From: a virus
Virus record (IMG/VR): IMGVR_UViG_3300045988_060547
Location: 1-38,216 of that record
DNA length: 38,216 nucleotides
Strand: one strand, 5' to 3'
Shown here: in pieces, positions 23,733 to 31,320 of the stretch
Numbering within the stretch: the stretch's first letter is position 1
How the letters are laid out: every line of letters begins with the position of its first letter
Position numbers and translations under genes: made by a program
The notes under the pieces: generated by a model
Database searches by the model: none
What the model was told of the DNA's origin: nothing
The model's input: only the letters and a program-made list of their open reading frames with translations

Positions 23733-25016
23733 TTAAAAAGTGATGATCTGTCCCCGCATGGCGCGGCGCTCCAGCTCTTCGCACTGCTGGGGCGTCAGCT
23801 TGGAGACGTCGGTCTTCAGCACCGCCGCACCGCCGGGGTTGGTGCCGTTCTCGGCAGGCCGTGCGCCCCGCTGGCGGATCCGGGCCTCCACGCCTTTCTC
23901 GACGGTCTTGGCCGTCTGGGTGGTGCGCCGGGTCATGATGTCGTCAAAGTAGCGGGCCTTGTAAGCGTCCTCCATCTTCACGCCCAGCTTGAGCATCTGG
24001 GCAAAGTCCGGGTCAGCCAGCGCCGTCTTGATGTCAAAGCCCGGGTCCTCGGCCCGGATGCGCTCCGCAGCGGCGTCCCACTCCTGCTGGATGGCTTCCA
24101 TCTTGGCGGCTTCCGCCCGCTGCTGCTCTGCGGCGCGGTGCTTGGCGTTCTCGCTTTCCAGCGCGTCCATCTCCTTGGCCAGCTGGACGCTGATGCCCTT
24201 CTTCATGGCCATGTCTTCGTAGTAGGCGTCATCCTTCACCACGCCGCCCTCCACGGCCGCAGCCAGTGCCTCGTAGTCGCCGGGAGCAGTGCCGTACTTC
24301 TGGCCCAGAGCGTTCAGGATACGCCCCACCGGCCCCTGCTCGTTCAGGATGCTGTCGTAGGCTTTCTGGGTGGCCTGCACGATCATCTCGCCAAACTCCC
24401 GGTTGTACTCGCCCCGCATCAGCTCTCCAAACGCTTTCCGGTGCGCCTCCGGGTCGGTGCTGCTCTTGTCTGCCGCACCGTCCTGTTCCTCGCCTTCAGC
24501 AGCATCTTCCTCTGCGTCCGGCTCTTCCGCCGGGCTCAGCATCTCATCCACCTCGGCGGCAGCAGCCTCCCGGCCTTTGCCCTGGGCGGGAGCAGACGCC
24601 GCCTTTTCTGCCGCCGCGGGGGCGGCACCATCGCCGCCAGCAGCCGCTGCACCGTCACCGCCCTCCGCAAACAGCTGCAAGTCCACCGCCGGGCTGCACT
24701 TGCATCTTTTCTTGAAGTTCACATTCTCCGGGTACTGTTCGGCCAGCAGGTCCAGACCGTCGGCCACAAGCTCGAACTTGTCCCGCATGAGAACGCTGTC
24801 GCCCGCCTCCACATTCAACACCGGGCCTTCCTCACCCTGATAGATGCAGCTCGAGGTTTTCTCGTCCTCCGCAGCGCTGTACGCCAGCGTCTGCATCAGG
24901 CAGCTCACCGCAGCACATACGATGTCCTGTCCCGCCGGGGCATACCCCGCGTGGCCCTCGGCCCTCATCGTCAGCTTCCCGCCCTCCGGGTCTGCCACAT
25001 AAATAATTTTGATCAT
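23733..25016 (-). CDS. Prp-like cysteine protease fused to a scaffolding-type protein
   Basis: The N-terminal roughly 110 aa carry GHAGYAPAGQDIVCAAVSCLMQTL (the Prp/YsxB signature). VDLQLFAEGG sits at the domain junction. An acidic, helical region of about 310 aa follows. ATG 25016 is preceded by GAGGAGG. Confidence 0.75.
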   Translation of the reverse strand: MIKIIYVADPEGGKLTMRAEGHAGYAPAGQDIVCAAVSCLMQTLAYSAAEDEKTSSCIYQGEEGPVLNVEAGDSVLMRDKFELVADGLDLLAEQYPENVNFKKRCKCSPAVDLQLFAEGGDGAAAAGGDGAAPAAAEKAASAPAQGKGREAAAAEVDEMLSPAEEPDAEEDAAEGEEQDGAADKSSTDPEAHRKAFGELMRGEYNREFGEMIVQATQKAYDSILNEQGPVGRILNALGQKYGTAPGDYEALAAAVEGGVVKDDAYYEDMAMKKGISVQLAKEMDALESENAKHRAAEQQRAEAAKMEAIQQEWDAAAERIRAEDPGFDIKTALADPDFAQMLKLGVKMEDAYKARYFDDIMTRRTTQTAKTVEKGVEARIRQRGARPAENGTNPGGAAVLKTDVSKLTPQQCEELERRAMRGQIITF

Positions 25017-25027
25017 GTAGAACCTCC

Positions 25028-26971
25028 TCACTTATTCGGGTTGTTGATGTTCATCGCCCTCTCGGCTGCCTTCGTGGCCAGCGGGTTCGTTCCGCCGCCC
25101 ACCTGTCCGCCCAGAGAGTTTGTTACCGTCTTTGCGCTGGTCTCTCCGCCGCCTCCGCCGCCGGTCATGGCAGCGGCCGCAGCCCCCGCCTGCTCGCTCA
25201 GGTTCGAGCCGTTCTGCTGGTCGATGACCGCCGCCATCTGCTGGATCTGTGCCATCGCCTGCTGCAGCTGCTGGTACAGGGTGCCGTTCTGAGCCACCCT
25301 CTGGCGCACCTTCTCGATGCCCTCGAAGTCCATCATGTCCAGACACGCCAGGGCTGCGTCCGCGTTGGCCGGAGCAAAGAATCCCAGCTGATAGCACTCC
25401 TTCGCCGTCTCGTTCTGACTAAGGCGGCTGAAGGTGCTCTTCTTGGCCGCGCTCACCGTGATGTCGAACACCGGCTCATGGGCGCCCAGCTCCACGCCGC
25501 CCACGCTCTCCACCGGCTGCGGCCGCAGCATCTGTCCCGAGAACTCCCGGTACTCCGTGCCGCCCTGCTGGCCGGTGATCCGGTAGACGCGGCTCTCGTC
25601 GTAGAACTGCCGCATCAGGTCGATGATGAAGTAGCATTCTTTTGCAAAGGAGCGGTAAGAGCTCTTCAGCATATCCCGGCTGAGCTTCGAGCCTGCTTCC
25701 TGCAGCGCCGCAATGGCCGAAGCAGCGGTCAGGCCGCTGGTCGCGCCGCCCTGGTTCACGTCCCGGTTGCCGCTGATCTCCTTCAGCTCGGCCACACGGT
25801 TCTGCTGGTAGGCGATGGTGTTGGAGGGCAGCGGGGCGGTATCCAGCTCCATAAAGCCCCGCTCGTCCAGTCGTCCCGTGATATGCACCACATCTTTCGC
25901 CGTGTCCAGCAGCTCGTCCTCGTTCACGCCCGCCGTGTCCGAGATAAGGTAGCGTTTCTTGGCCGCTGCCAGCGTGTTCTCGTCCATGGCCTGCGTCATC
26001 CGGTCGATGGCGTCCTGGGTGTCCTTCATCACGTCGATGTACCCGAAGCCCGCCGGGCTGTTCTCTTCCACAAAGAGCGGGTCGAACACAAAGGGATATT
26101 TTCCGTGGTCGTAGAAGCCCGTCTCGGCCATCGCCGGGTCGTTCTCGCTGGCGTAGAGCACCACGCCGTTGCAGAACTTGCAGTAATGCACCACGGTCTG
26201 ACCGCCGGGCTTCTCCCGCTTGTAATACCAGTCCACCACCACGCTCTTTTCGCTGGTGTCGATGTTCCGGTCGCTGACGTACTGCCCCACGGTGATGCCG
26301 CTGCTGCCCGCCTTGCCCTCCAGCTGAGGCCACCGGGCCGCCAGACGGTCGTTGTCGGCCAGTGCCAGCGAGAAAAAGTTTGCCGAGTCCTGGATGTCCT
26401 CCACGCCCGGCTCCCAGTAGAGCATCAGAAGATCCATGCTCCGGATGGCGATGTCCCCAAGGCCCTCCCGCAGCGCCGGGTCCCAAAAAATGCCCTTGAC
26501 GCCGGTACCCTGCTTGAGCTTGCGCCACCAGGTGTCGCTGTACACGCTCTCGTAGTCGGCCTGTTCCAGCAGCACCGGCAGGATCTCGGAGAGGAGCTTT
26601 GCCGTCTCCTCGTCGTCCTGCGCTCTCGGCAGCACGTTCGGCTCCGGGTAGTTGTCCATGGCGTCGGCGTGTTTGTTGGCGATGGAGTTGAACAGCCACC
26701 CCGTGCTGGGGGCGCGCTTGCCCTCCATCACCCGGTTGCCGTACTGCTTCCAGTGGCCCAGCTTGTACCATTCTTCGTTGTCGATGATCCGCTTGTCGAG
26801 GCTGGCCTTGGCCGACTTGTACTTCTCCAGCACAGCCATCGCCTCGCTGATCTCCTTCTCGCCGATCGCCGGTTCACCATCCAGCACCCCGGCCAGACTG
26901 ACTCCTTCTGTCTGTGCCTGCGGCTCGTTGTCGGCGACCGCCGCCATCATATCTGTTTCTCTTTCGTTCAA
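25028..26971 (-). CDS. Portal protein
   Basis: The product is 647 aa. The gene lies between terL and the scaffold gene. The N-terminus carries IIDNEEWYKLGHWKQYG, and the C-terminal tail is Gly/Gln-rich. The TTG start has an AAGGTGA SD. Confidence 0.8.
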   Translation of the reverse strand: MNERETDMMAAVADNEPQAQTEGVSLAGVLDGEPAIGEKEISEAMAVLEKYKSAKASLDKRIIDNEEWYKLGHWKQYGNRVMEGKRAPSTGWLFNSIANKHADAMDNYPEPNVLPRAQDDEETAKLLSEILPVLLEQADYESVYSDTWWRKLKQGTGVKGIFWDPALREGLGDIAIRSMDLLMLYWEPGVEDIQDSANFFSLALADNDRLAARWPQLEGKAGSSGITVGQYVSDRNIDTSEKSVVVDWYYKREKPGGQTVVHYCKFCNGVVLYASENDPAMAETGFYDHGKYPFVFDPLFVEENSPAGFGYIDVMKDTQDAIDRMTQAMDENTLAAAKKRYLISDTAGVNEDELLDTAKDVVHITGRLDERGFMELDTAPLPSNTIAYQQNRVAELKEISGNRDVNQGGATSGLTAASAIAALQEAGSKLSRDMLKSSYRSFAKECYFIIDLMRQFYDESRVYRITGQQGGTEYREFSGQMLRPQPVESVGGVELGAHEPVFDITVSAAKKSTFSRLSQNETAKECYQLGFFAPANADAALACLDMMDFEGIEKVRQRVAQNGTLYQQLQQAMAQIQQMAAVIDQQNGSNLSEQAGAAAAAMTGGGGGGETSAKTVTNSLGGQVGGGTNPLATKAAERAMNINNPNK

Positions 26972-27234
26972 CTATTCTCACCTTCTGGTCCTTCTAAAGC
27001 CTGAAATCATCGGCAAAGCCGTAAATCAGAGAAACGAGAAAAAAGCGTTTAGCGCAGCGGCTAGCTTTTTTCCGTTTCGACTTCTTCTTTGGGGTCTGAA
27101 AGGGGCGAGTAGCCCCTTTCTCGTGGATCCAGCGCGTCGAAATCGCTGGTGGTTTTCTGGTTCTCTTTTGACACCAAAAGAGAACATTAGCCTTAATGCA
27201 AAAGTGCTCTGACCTGCGCGGAGCGCAAAACAAT

Positions 27235-28695
27235 TCAAATCCTCATAAACCTCGTCTTGTCCTTCCTCGGATCCATATCCAGCGGGTCGTCCAGCATGGG
27301 CGGCGGCTGGGTGTGCTTTGCGGCGCTGATGGGGTTCTCCATCAGCACATACCGGCACTCGTCGTAGATGTGGTCTTCCTGCGTGGTGTCGATGTCCTCC
27401 ACATTGCTCTCGTCATAGACGAGGTTCGGGATGGTGCGGATGAAGTGCTTGCAGGTGTTGAAGACCTGCAGCATCGGCCTGCCGTCTTCGCCGAAAGCCA
27501 GTCGGTAGTGAAACTGCATCTTTCCCGCCAGACGGGTGTGGTCGCCGGGCATCCAGTGTAGAAAGTTCGGGCTTTTCTCCTGCATGTCCGCGATGCTCTC
27601 GCCCCGGCTCTCGTCAAAGATGGCCGGGTCGGCCACGCCCAGGATGACCCGGCCTTTCAGCAGCGGGTCGTTCTGCTCCGCTTCCCGGATCATCCGTGCC
27701 TGTTCCATCGGGTCCTTCCTCAGGCCCTCGTTGGGTGTGCCGGTGCAGCCGTAAAGCTCCTTGATGCGGTAGAGCCGCCCGCGCTCGTCCGCTGCATACC
27801 ACCCCACCGAAAACGGCTTCGAGAAACCAAAGTCGTATCCCCGCCAGATCTTCCAGTGCTCCGGGATGGGGAACGGTTCGATGACGTGGGTCCAGCGCTG
27901 GTCTTCATAGTGGTTCGGGTCGTTCCGCCACTCGGTGAACACCTGTCCCGAAAAGCTGTCCCAGTTTCCGTAGAGCAGTGCCTGCTTTTCGGCCTCCGGC
28001 AGCGAGGCCAGTGTGCCGATGTAGCCCGGGTCATTTTCCAGCAGCGCCGGGTTGTCAAAGACGGTGGACGGGATAAAAATGCGGGTGCGCCGCCGGGTGA
28101 TCTCTTCTCCGTCCGGCGCTTTCACTTTCACCAGCTGCACCATCCGCGTCCCGGCAGGTGCCGGACTGATGAACCGTGCCTTCACCCAGCCATGCCCCAC
28201 GCCGCCGGGGTTAGCCGTGGCCCGGATGTAGACCCGGGTGCCGGGGCCGGAAGGGCGGTTGCGGCTCATGACATAGCTGTATTCGTCCCAAGTAAAGTGC
28301 GTCAGCTCGTCCACGCCGATAAAGTCGAAGGCTTTGCCCTGATAGTTGTACTTGTCCTGCGCATGGTTCAGGCTGCCGAAATAGATCTTCGCCCCGCTGG
28401 GGAAAGTCCAGCAGTGGCTCGAGCCGTTGTACCTCGCTTTGGGAAACACCGGCTTGTAGTACCGCATGGTCTTGTCGATGAGCTCCGAAAGCTGCGGGTA
28501 AGTCTTTCGCAGGATGAGCGCCCGGTAGTGCGGGATGTGTACCTGCCGCAGTGCCTCGATGACGAGGGCGTCGCTCTTACCGCCTCCGGCAGCGCCCCCG
28601 TACAGAGCCTCGTCCTCGGTGCGCGCCATAAAAGCGGCCTGTCTCGGCTGCGGCGACCAGATCACCGGTCGTCCTCCGCGCCTTTTCTCCTCCAC
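27235..28695 (-). CDS. terL: Terminase large subunit
   Basis: The 486-aa product has a Walker A motif (GGAAGGGKS), a Walker B-like motif (FIGVDELTHF) and a C-terminal nuclease-type half. The GTG start follows GGGGAGG. Confidence 0.92.
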   Translation of the reverse strand: MEEKRRGGRPVIWSPQPRQAAFMARTEDEALYGGAAGGGKSDALVIEALRQVHIPHYRALILRKTYPQLSELIDKTMRYYKPVFPKARYNGSSHCWTFPSGAKIYFGSLNHAQDKYNYQGKAFDFIGVDELTHFTWDEYSYVMSRNRPSGPGTRVYIRATANPGGVGHGWVKARFISPAPAGTRMVQLVKVKAPDGEEITRRRTRIFIPSTVFDNPALLENDPGYIGTLASLPEAEKQALLYGNWDSFSGQVFTEWRNDPNHYEDQRWTHVIEPFPIPEHWKIWRGYDFGFSKPFSVGWYAADERGRLYRIKELYGCTGTPNEGLRKDPMEQARMIREAEQNDPLLKGRVILGVADPAIFDESRGESIADMQEKSPNFLHWMPGDHTRLAGKMQFHYRLAFGEDGRPMLQVFNTCKHFIRTIPNLVYDESNVEDIDTTQEDHIYDECRYVLMENPISAAKHTQPPPMLDDPLDMDPRKDKTRFMRI

Positions 28696-28785
28696 TCTGT
28701 CTGCCTCCCCTCTGTCGCAAGGCCCGGTGCTTCACGCCCCGCCAAGCTCTTCTTGTCCCGCCCAGACTTCCCCGGCCTGCCAATG

Positions 28786-28832
28786 CCTCGCCCTCTGGGA
28801 GAGGTGGCAGCGCGCAGCGCTGACGGAGAGGG
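28786..28832 (-). repeat. Bipartite hairpin element copy 6 (BHE-6)
   Basis: CCTCGCCC (28786-28793) pairs with GGGAGAGG (28797-28804) with one mismatch. CAGCGC (28808-28813) pairs with GCGCTG (28817-28822). GGAGAGGG follows at 28825-28832. The element starts immediately after the terS stop. Confidence 0.8.
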
Positions 28833-29525
28833 CTACTCCACCATCACCTCCGGCCCTTTTTCTTCCCGGCCCTCGGCCCCGATCTCCACCAGCGGTGGGG
28901 CATCGCCCTCGCTCTGGCTCTGGGCCGGTACCATCGCAGCAGCCTTTTCGGCCACGGTCATCAGCACGGTGGCCATGGCGGCTGCATTTTTGTCGCTCAT
29001 CACCCGGCCGCTGTACCGTTCCAGCTGGGCGTCCAGTAGTTTTCGCTCTTCGCTGTCCAGCTGCCGGTCGTAGCTGTCCTCGGCAGCGTACAGCACAAGC
29101 CCTGTCTCCGTGGCGTCTGCCAGCTCCTCGGCGTCGCTCTTGAGCAGTGTGCCTACCGCAAAGCAGCGGGCTCGAGCGTCCTCGTCCAGCTGCCGATGGA
29201 GCTTGGCCTGTACCTGCGCGGCCCGCTGGCTCTCGTCCACACGGCTCTGCAAATAGCTCACCTGCGCCCTCGCCCCGAGGCTGGCCCGGATCGCGATCTC
29301 CCGCGCAGCAGCCTGCCGCTCTTTTGCAAAGGCGTCGCTCCGGCCGGCTTCCTCGGCCATCCACGAGCGGATGGTGCTCTCCGGTACGCCGTACCGCCGG
29401 GCTACCGCACAGATGGATCCAGACGACAGCATGGCCATCAGCACCTCGGCCCGCACCTTCGGCGGGTACTTCCGCCCCCGCTGGGAGCCCTTTACCGTGT
29501 TTTTGCAATACCTGCGCCCTGCCAT
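28833..29525 (-). CDS. terS: Terminase small subunit (HTH-containing)
   Basis: The product is 230 aa counted from ATG 29525, preceded by GGGGAGG. It contains RKYPPKVRAEVLMAMLSSGSICAVARRYGVPESTIRSW. The gene lies immediately upstream of terL. Confidence 0.65.
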   Translation of the reverse strand: MAGRRYCKNTVKGSQRGRKYPPKVRAEVLMAMLSSGSICAVARRYGVPESTIRSWMAEEAGRSDAFAKERQAAAREIAIRASLGARAQVSYLQSRVDESQRAAQVQAKLHRQLDEDARARCFAVGTLLKSDAEELADATETGLVLYAAEDSYDRQLDSEERKLLDAQLERYSGRVMSDKNAAAMATVLMTVAEKAAAMVPAQSQSEGDAPPLVEIGAEGREEKGPEVMVE

Positions 29526-29613
29526 GCTCTGCCTCCCCTCTGCCGCAAGGCCCACGTTTTTGCGCTTCGTCGGGCCTGTTTCGTCCCGCTCAGGCCTGCC
29601 CGGTCTGCCAAGG

Positions 29614-29658
29614 GCTCCCCTCGGTAGGGGAGCTGGCGAGCGAAGCGAGACTGAGAGG
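29614..29658 (-). repeat. Bipartite hairpin element copy 7 (BHE-7), second hairpin degenerate
   Basis: GCTCCCC (29614-29620) pairs with GGGGAGC (29627-29633). CTGAGAGG follows at 29651-29658. The intervening GGCGAGCGAAGCGAGA no longer pairs. Confidence 0.7.
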
Positions 29659-29669
29659 TTCTTCCTTCT

Positions 29670-29729
29670 CAGCCTACCACGCCTCACGGGGCAAAACTAC
29701 TGCGGACATTTTGCCCGCAGTAGTTTTGC
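29670..29729 (-). promoter_or_regulatory. Conserved two-box motif copy 2, embedded in a 15-bp-arm perfect palindrome (candidate late promoter or operator upstream of terS)
   Basis: The boxes are cagcctaccacg (29670-29681) and caaaactactgcggacat (29692-29709). The arms gcaaaactactgcgg (29691-29705) and ccgcagtagttttgc (29715-29729) pair perfectly. Confidence 0.5.
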
Positions 29730-29847
29730 AAGGTCTCGCCGCAGGCGAGCACGGGTTGCGGCTCCCAGCGGTCATTTCGCTGCCGCTCATGCCCTGCTGG
29801 CCGCTGCCCCAACAACTCCTCCCTGTTTCCGCCACTGGCGGCGGTCG

Positions 29848-30165
29848 TCATCGTTGCCCCTTCGGGGGAGCTGTCGGCGCAGCCGACTGAGAGGGCATCA
29901 GCCCCGCCGCCGCCGCATACACTGCCACGGTGCTCAGCGCCTCCAGCTCCTTGTGGTAGTAGGTCGTTCTCCCGATGTGCAGCTTCGCCACCACCCGCTC
30001 CTCCGGCATCCCGTCCAGATACCTCAGCTCCAAAAGCCGCCTGCATACCGGATCTTCGGCCTCGTAGTAGTCCATCGCCAGCGCGATCACACCCGCCCAG
30101 TCGCTTTTTCCCTGTCCACAAGCCCGCAGCTCCGCCCGCACCCGTCGCTTCTGCTCTCTGGTCAA
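29848..30165 (-). CDS. Sigma-70 region-4-like HTH protein; probable late-gene activator
   Basis: The product contains RRLLELRYLDGMPEERVVAKLHIGRTTYYHKELEALSTVAVY. The gene lies directly upstream of the terS leader. The TTG start is uncertain. The C-terminal 15 aa are read through a hairpin element. Confidence 0.55.
   Translation of the reverse strand: MTREQKRRVRAELRACGQGKSDWAGVIALAMDYYEAEDPVCRRLLELRYLDGMPEERVVAKLHIGRTTYYHKELEALSTVAVYAAAAGLMPSQSAAPTAPPKGQR
29857..29895 (-). repeat. Bipartite hairpin element copy 8 (BHE-8), first hairpin shortened
   Basis: CCCC (29857-29860) pairs with GGGG (29865-29868). GTCGGC (29873-29878) pairs with GCCGAC (29882-29887). TGAGAGGG follows at 29888-29895. 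The element overlaps the last codons of CDS 29848-30165. Confidence 0.65.
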
Positions 30166-30222
30166 TCCCTCGCCGCCTTTCTTCCGCGCGCGTTAAAACG
30201 CAAAATACCGGTACTTTGTCTG

Positions 30223-31071
30223 TCAGGTGCGAACTTTCGCACCCTCCCGCTTTACCATCACCACATAGCAGCGCAGCTCGTCTGCGTCCCATCCCTCTTT
30301 TTCGTCGCCCGGCGCGTCCGGCTCCGGCACGACGCACCGCACGAACTTCCAGCCCGGATACCGCTGCTCCCACCAGTAGGCGTTGTCCTTGCAGTCGGTG
30401 CAGCCTTTGCGCAGCTGCTTGCGGCTCCATCGGGTGTCGTTGGGGGCGTGCTCCACCGGCAGCTGAAGGTTTCTCGTCTCGTACCACCGCATCTGCCCGT
30501 GCTTCTCGAAGTAGGTGATCAGGTCATCCAGCCTGTTTTGCAGATTTAACCGGTCGGCGTTGGCTGTGCCGAGGCTCTCCACGCTGCCGTCCGGCCAGCG
30601 CACGGCCCATTTGTCCTCCAGCAGCTGCCGAAAGTCTGCGTTCTGCCGCATGGTCAGCCCTTTGCACTCCACCAGCAGGTGATGGTGGTAGCGCCCGCTC
30701 TTTCGTCCGCAGCCGGTCAGGCCCATCACCCGCAGCTCAGCGTCTGGGCCGTACAGCTTTGCGATGGCAGCCTTCACCCGGCGGATGTAGTTGCGCAGAT
30801 CTCGCTGGGCCTGCTCCATGCTCTCGGGCAAAAATCCCTCTATGTAGGTCAGGGTCAGATAAAATCCCAGCACGGTAAAGTTTGCGTTGGCTTTCTGTAC
30901 CCTTCGCCGGTGTGCGTGCTGGGCGTTCCGCTTCTTCTGCCGCTCGCTGCTGGGCTTTGTTTTCTTCCCCCGCTTGGCCGCATGCTCCTCGGGCGTGATG
31001 GGGTAGAGGTCTACTTCCATGTACCCCTCTCCGCAGAGCGTTTTCTTTTCCCGGGTGTAGGTCTGCTTCAC
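30223..31071 (-). CDS. HUH-superfamily rolling-circle replication initiator (Rep)
   Basis: The 282-aa product has motif 1 (FYLTLTY, aa 70-76), motif 2 (RYHHHLLV, aa 127-134, nt 30670-30693) and motif 3 (ITYFEKH, containing YxxK). The GTG start has a GGAGGG SD. Confidence 0.65.
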   Translation of the reverse strand: MKQTYTREKKTLCGEGYMEVDLYPITPEEHAAKRGKKTKPSSERQKKRNAQHAHRRRVQKANANFTVLGFYLTLTYIEGFLPESMEQAQRDLRNYIRRVKAAIAKLYGPDAELRVMGLTGCGRKSGRYHHHLLVECKGLTMRQNADFRQLLEDKWAVRWPDGSVESLGTANADRLNLQNRLDDLITYFEKHGQMRWYETRNLQLPVEHAPNDTRWSRKQLRKGCTDCKDNAYWWEQRYPGWKFVRCVVPEPDAPGDEKEGWDADELRCYVVMVKREGAKVRT

Positions 31072-31320
31072 GTTGTACCCTCCTGCTGCCTTAAGCTGGT
31101 AGTGTAGTTTTCTCTTCCGTGGTCATCACCGTCACAGAAATAACGGGTATACTAGCTCCCCCAAAGCGCCCGCCCGGACGCTTTATTTGAGAGAGGTTCT
31201 ACCTTTATATAAACCGATATGCCTGCCGCCGAGCCTCCTCGGCAGCACCCATCCCGCCTTATATTTTTTGTCGAAGACGCCCCCGATGGTTTCCCATCGG
31301 GGGCTTACCTGTCTGTATTT

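Noticed and set aside
27040-27075. A tRNA-like D-arm string (ttagcgcagcggctagc) in the terL-portal spacer.
   Set aside because: The flanking sequence cannot form acceptor, anticodon or T arms. It is part of an A/T-clamped hairpin.
26994-27233. A 79-aa minus-strand ORF, and the 27026-27358 ORF, in the terL-portal gap.
   Set aside because: The peptides are highly basic and low-complexity, have no SD, and partly overlap the terL 3' end. I treat the gap as non-coding.
7571-29895. Whether the repeated hairpin elements form a CRISPR array.
   Set aside because: The copies lie thousands of bp apart in gene gaps, are not regularly spaced, differ in sequence and are internally bipartite. There are no cas genes.
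31155-31198. A ninth copy of the bipartite hairpin element upstream of rep.
   Set aside because: It has the GCTCCCC and GAGAGAGG boxes around a hairpin but lacks the GGRGAG arm of hairpin 1. That is too degenerate to count as a copy.
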